From: the human T2T-CHM13v2.0 reference genome, Homo sapiens
NCBI GenBank assembly: GCA_009914755.4
Contig: CP068257.2
Coordinates: forward strand, 12,960,001 to 13,024,000
Length of the DNA: 64,000 bases
Direction: 5' to 3'
Shown: positions 60,253 through 64,000 of the stretch, in pieces
How the letters are laid out: the number at the start of each line of letters is the position of its first letter
Position numbering within the stretch: the first letter of the stretch is position 1
Translations under genes and position numbers: made by a program
Notes under the pieces: generated by a model
Told to the model about the DNA's origin: nothing
Databases searched by the model: none
The model's input: only the letters and a program-made list of their open reading frames with translations

Positions 60253-62625
60253 GTGCTCTCTGGTCATTTTTTCAGTGGTGTCCAATAAATTGCTTTTTCT
60301 CCTCATCCTCCTCTTCCTCTTCCCTCTTCTTTCTCTCCCTCTCTCTGTCTGCATGTCATGACAATATGAACTTATAGACTTTTATATGTACAATGTGCTT
60401 CAATTGATACACCCATATTTTTCATGATGCTCAATTTTGTCTTTTATTTGGCCATTGACTTTCAGTGAGTGTGTTACTATGCCCCTTTGAACCAACTTAT
60501 TGTTCTTTGAGTTTCTTGAATTCTAGCACAACAGGATGTCTCAGCCTCATTTTGTAAGTTTTCTTCTTCAGATCTAGAGTCAGCAATCCAATCAAAAAAA
60601 TCAAAAATATTTTAATAGTTTCTGAAAGGCCACATCTATGTGCCATTTTATTTTGCTGTTCTTTGTTTGCTCTGATTCTTGCTTCAGTGTCTTAAGAATA
60701 CCACTTTTTTCTCACATATACAGCCTCATGTATGTTTTAAAGAGCTTATTTAATTAAACTATCTATTGGTGGAAAATGAATATGTAAGAATAGAGAATAA
60801 GACAAGACCTTTGGTTAATATTGAATAAGCAATAACTTATAATCCTTTCTTAATGTGCACTACTGTCATTTGGGAGGTGGTAGATATTGGTAGAGATAAT
60901 ACTGCAGTAGACAACTTTAAAAATCTTTGTAAACATTTATTTCCCTGTAGTTATTTTTCAACTTGAAATTTTCCTTACTTCTGTGCCTGGTAGAGGCTAT
61001 ACAAACAATAAAATATCTAAACATTATTTTTGCAAAATGCTCTGACTTGTTTAAAATTACTCCCGGATACCCATTCCTCAAAAGCCATTGCTTATTCAAA
61101 GAGGAGAAGAGTTCTGGTAGCTACAACAAATGCCCCATTGCATTTCCTAACAATCTTCTCTTCTCATACACTGAAAATCAACTATTTTGTATCTATTTCC
61201 ATTACCTCGTAAGAATTCCTATACCTTGGAAGATGACAATTACTTTTCATATTAACACGCAGTTGTCACGACATTGTGCAAGGCCACAAGCTTTGGAGCC
61301 AGGCAGACCTGTGTGTGAATTCAACAACTTACTATGAAGTCTTTGACAAGTCACTTAACTTCTCTAAATGTAAATTTCCACTTTTATTAAAAAAAAAGAT
61401 AAATCCATTTTGAAGCCTTTTATGAAAATTGACATCAACGTAAGCAAAGCAAAATTCAGGAAAAATTTAACAAACTGTTATTATACATTAGTGTGGTTAT
61501 AACTTTCAATTAAACTAAGATACTAAGAGCAGACATTAAATTTCACCGTCTGATTGAAAGAGAAGGAAAGAAGTGTGTCACAGCCAAAGTGCAGCAGAGC
61601 AAAAGCCACAAAAATCTGGATTCTATACCTAGCACTACATCAAAGGAATTCTGTAGCAAAGCCTTCCAAACTCAAATGGTTTCTTCTTCTTCATCTACAA
61701 AACAAAACAGATATAACTAGTTTTTCTCAACATTTGTCATATAACAGCACAGAAAAACAAATGGAAGGTGGCTAAAGGACCCACTAGTAATCCCCAAGTT
61801 CCCAACAGTTGACAATATGTCAACTGTTTAACATAAAACATCCACAGCCATTCATGGAATATCTGTATGTAACCACATACAAGATGTGAAGCTCTGGTCT
61901 GGAAGACATCTGAAGTCCCTCTATCTCAATGATATTTGTGATGGAAATGTAAGAGCAGGGAATGGCAACATTAGAATAGGAAACAGGGAACACGTTTCAA
62001 GCTAGATAGAGGTCAATGTAATCTTTATATTCAAATCTTATAGATTGCTGCATAAAATTATAGCATAGACCTCAGACCTCACCATATCCCCAGATAGCAC
62101 TTCCTAAAGTTAGATTGAAAAAAGATAAATCATATAGTCCTTTTTATTGCAAAAGAATGAGTCTTAGCTTAATAAGTAATCATTTATTGTCCCAAGTCTA
62201 TTGCCAAAATTTCCTGAAAGATAGATGTAAAGTTATGAATTTCATAGAAGCATAATTAACACAATTAGAAGCATAATTAGCTAAACACAAAAATACTTAT
62301 TTTGGAAATAATTCATAGAAAGGATTAACATCTTATCTATTATTTGGTAGGTCTAGGTAACATTTTATCCCCATTTTTAAACATCCACTACCAAAGGAAG
62401 AGAGAGACAGAGTGAGAGAAAGGGAGAGAGAGAAACTCTAACAAGATGCACATTTTTGTGACAAACAATAAGTATCTTACCTTTTCAGAGACTGATTTTG
62501 AATGATAGTTAGGGAGAAACGTATTTGTTACGTAAAGACTTACAGAAATATGTTGCTTTTGAAATACTGAAATTTCAAGCTTTATCTGGTGATAGCTTTT
62601 ACTGTTTCTTGCAACCAAAGTAGAA

Positions 62626-62631
62626 TTTGAC

Positions 62632-62681
<50 letters not shown>

Positions 62682-62697
62682 GTCAAAGATGATAGCT
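62626..62697. repeat. Perfect 72-bp palindrome: 11-bp arms tttgacaaggg/cccttgtcaaa around (AT)25
   Basis: Direct reading gives tttgacaaggg(at)25cccttgtcaaa. The right arm is the truncated end of the minus-strand L1 (rc ...agctatcatctttgacaaggg). Confidence 0.9.
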
Positions 62698-63489
62698 TCT
62701 TTTGTTTTATGGAAGCTCTTTAGTTTAATTAGATCCCATTTGTCAATTTTGCTTTTCGTTGAAATTGCTTTTGGTGTTTTAGTCATGAAGCCTTTGCCCA
62801 TGCCTATGTCCTAAATGGTATGGCCTAGGTTTTCTTCTAGAGTTTTTATGGATTTAGGTGTTATGTTTAAATCTTTAATCACTCGAGTTAATTTTCATAT
62901 AAGGTGTAAGGAAGGGGTACAGTTTCAGTTTTCTGCATATGGCTAGCCAGTTTTCCCAACACCATTTATTAAATAGGGAATCCTTTCCCCATTGCTTGTT
63001 TTTGTCAGGTTTGTCAAAGATCAGATGGCTGTAGATGCGTGGTTTTATTTTTGAGGCCTCTGTTCAGTTCTGTTGGTCTATATATCTGTTTTGGTACCAG
63101 TACCATGCTGTTTTGGTTACTGTAGCCTTGTAGTATAGTTTGAAGTCAGGTTGCGTGATGCCTCCAGCTTTGTTCTTTTTGCTTAGGATTGTCTTGGCTA
63201 TATAAGCTCTAAAAAAAGAGTAAATTTCATATGGTTCCATATGAAATTTAAAGTAGTTTTTCTAATTCTGTGAAGAAAGTCAATGTTAGCTTGATGGAAA
63301 TAGCATTGAATCTATAAATTACTTTGGGTAGTGTGGCCATTTTCACGATATTAATTCTTCCTATCCATGAGCATGGAATGTTTTCCCATTTGTTTGTGTC
63401 CTCTCTCATTTCCTTGAGCAGTGGTTTGTAGTTCTCCTTGAAAATATTCTTCACATCCCTTGTAAGTTGTATTCATAGGTGTTTTATTC
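62698..63489 (-). mobile_element. L1PA-type ORF2 fragment on the minus strand (RT-downstream region through ...KSFcTAKE). It is truncated at the AT-palindrome and carries a 23-bp palindromic micro-insertion at about 63218-63240.
   Basis: Reverse-complement reads ...[75 protein letters not shown]...[17 protein letters not shown]...[31 protein letters not shown]. Confidence 0.85.
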
Positions 63490-64000
63490 TAACCCATTTT
63501 ATGAGTCCAGAATCATCTGGATACCAAAACCTGGCAGAGACACAACAACAAGAAGAAAATTTCAGGCCAATATCCCTGATTGACATTGATGTGAAAATCC
63601 TCAATAAAATACTGGCAAGTCGAATCCAGCAGCACATTAAAAAGCTTATCAGCCACAATCAAGTTGGCTTCATCACTGGGATGCAAGGCTGGTTCAACAT
63701 ACACAAATCAATAAGTGTAATCCATCATGTAAACAGAACCAATGACAAAAACCTCCTGATTATCTCAATAGATGTAGAAAAGGCCTTTGATAAAATTCAA
63801 CACCCCTTCATGCTAAAAACATTCAATAAACTAGGTATTGATGCAACATGTCTCAAAATAATAAGGGCTATTTATGACAAGCCCACAGCCAATATCATGC
63901 TGAATGGGCAAAAGCTTTAAGCATTGAAATCCGGAACAAGACAAGGACGTTCTCTCTCACCACTCCTATTCAATTTAGTATCAGAAGTTCTGGCCAGGGC
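63490..64000 (+). mobile_element. L1PA-type ORF2 fragment on the plus strand (upstream RT region), running off the window end, head-to-head with the minus-strand fragment
   Basis: ...[27 protein letters not shown]...[87 protein letters not shown]...LSPLLFNLVSEVLARA (ORF 63438-63920 and beyond). Confidence 0.85.

Overview
This window is human (or catarrhine primate) nuclear DNA rather than prokaryotic sequence, and it is dominated by transposable elements. It contains about 8 Alu copies with A-rich tails, and one ~6.1 kb full-length but dead L1PA element (16464-22596). A ~10 kb older L1 (38893-49125) has been invaded by a younger L1PA copy that carries a twin-priming-type inversion, and by an Alu. 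There are several ancient L1M 3' ends on the minus strand. There are also MaLR LTRs (two THE1/MST-like, one MLT1-like), an LTR12-like solo LTR with internal tandem repeats, a Tigger-type MITE, MIR fragments and many microsatellites. The remaining DNA is AT-rich and unique, and I found no supportable host exon. Every long ORF in the six-frame track is either an L1 ORF1 or ORF2 remnant or a chance ORF in low-complexity DNA. I see no evidence for any novel gene system. The observations worth a second look are all structural: nested and inverted L1 insertions, a 25-nt U6 snRNA 5' fragment flanked by a 14-bp direct duplication, an (AT)25-centred perfect palindrome that truncates an L1, a hairpin-templated micro-insertion, and a ~300 bp local duplication. 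Coordinates of repeat boundaries are by eye and may be off by 5-20 bp. Family and subfamily names come from recalled consensus sequences, not from a database search.
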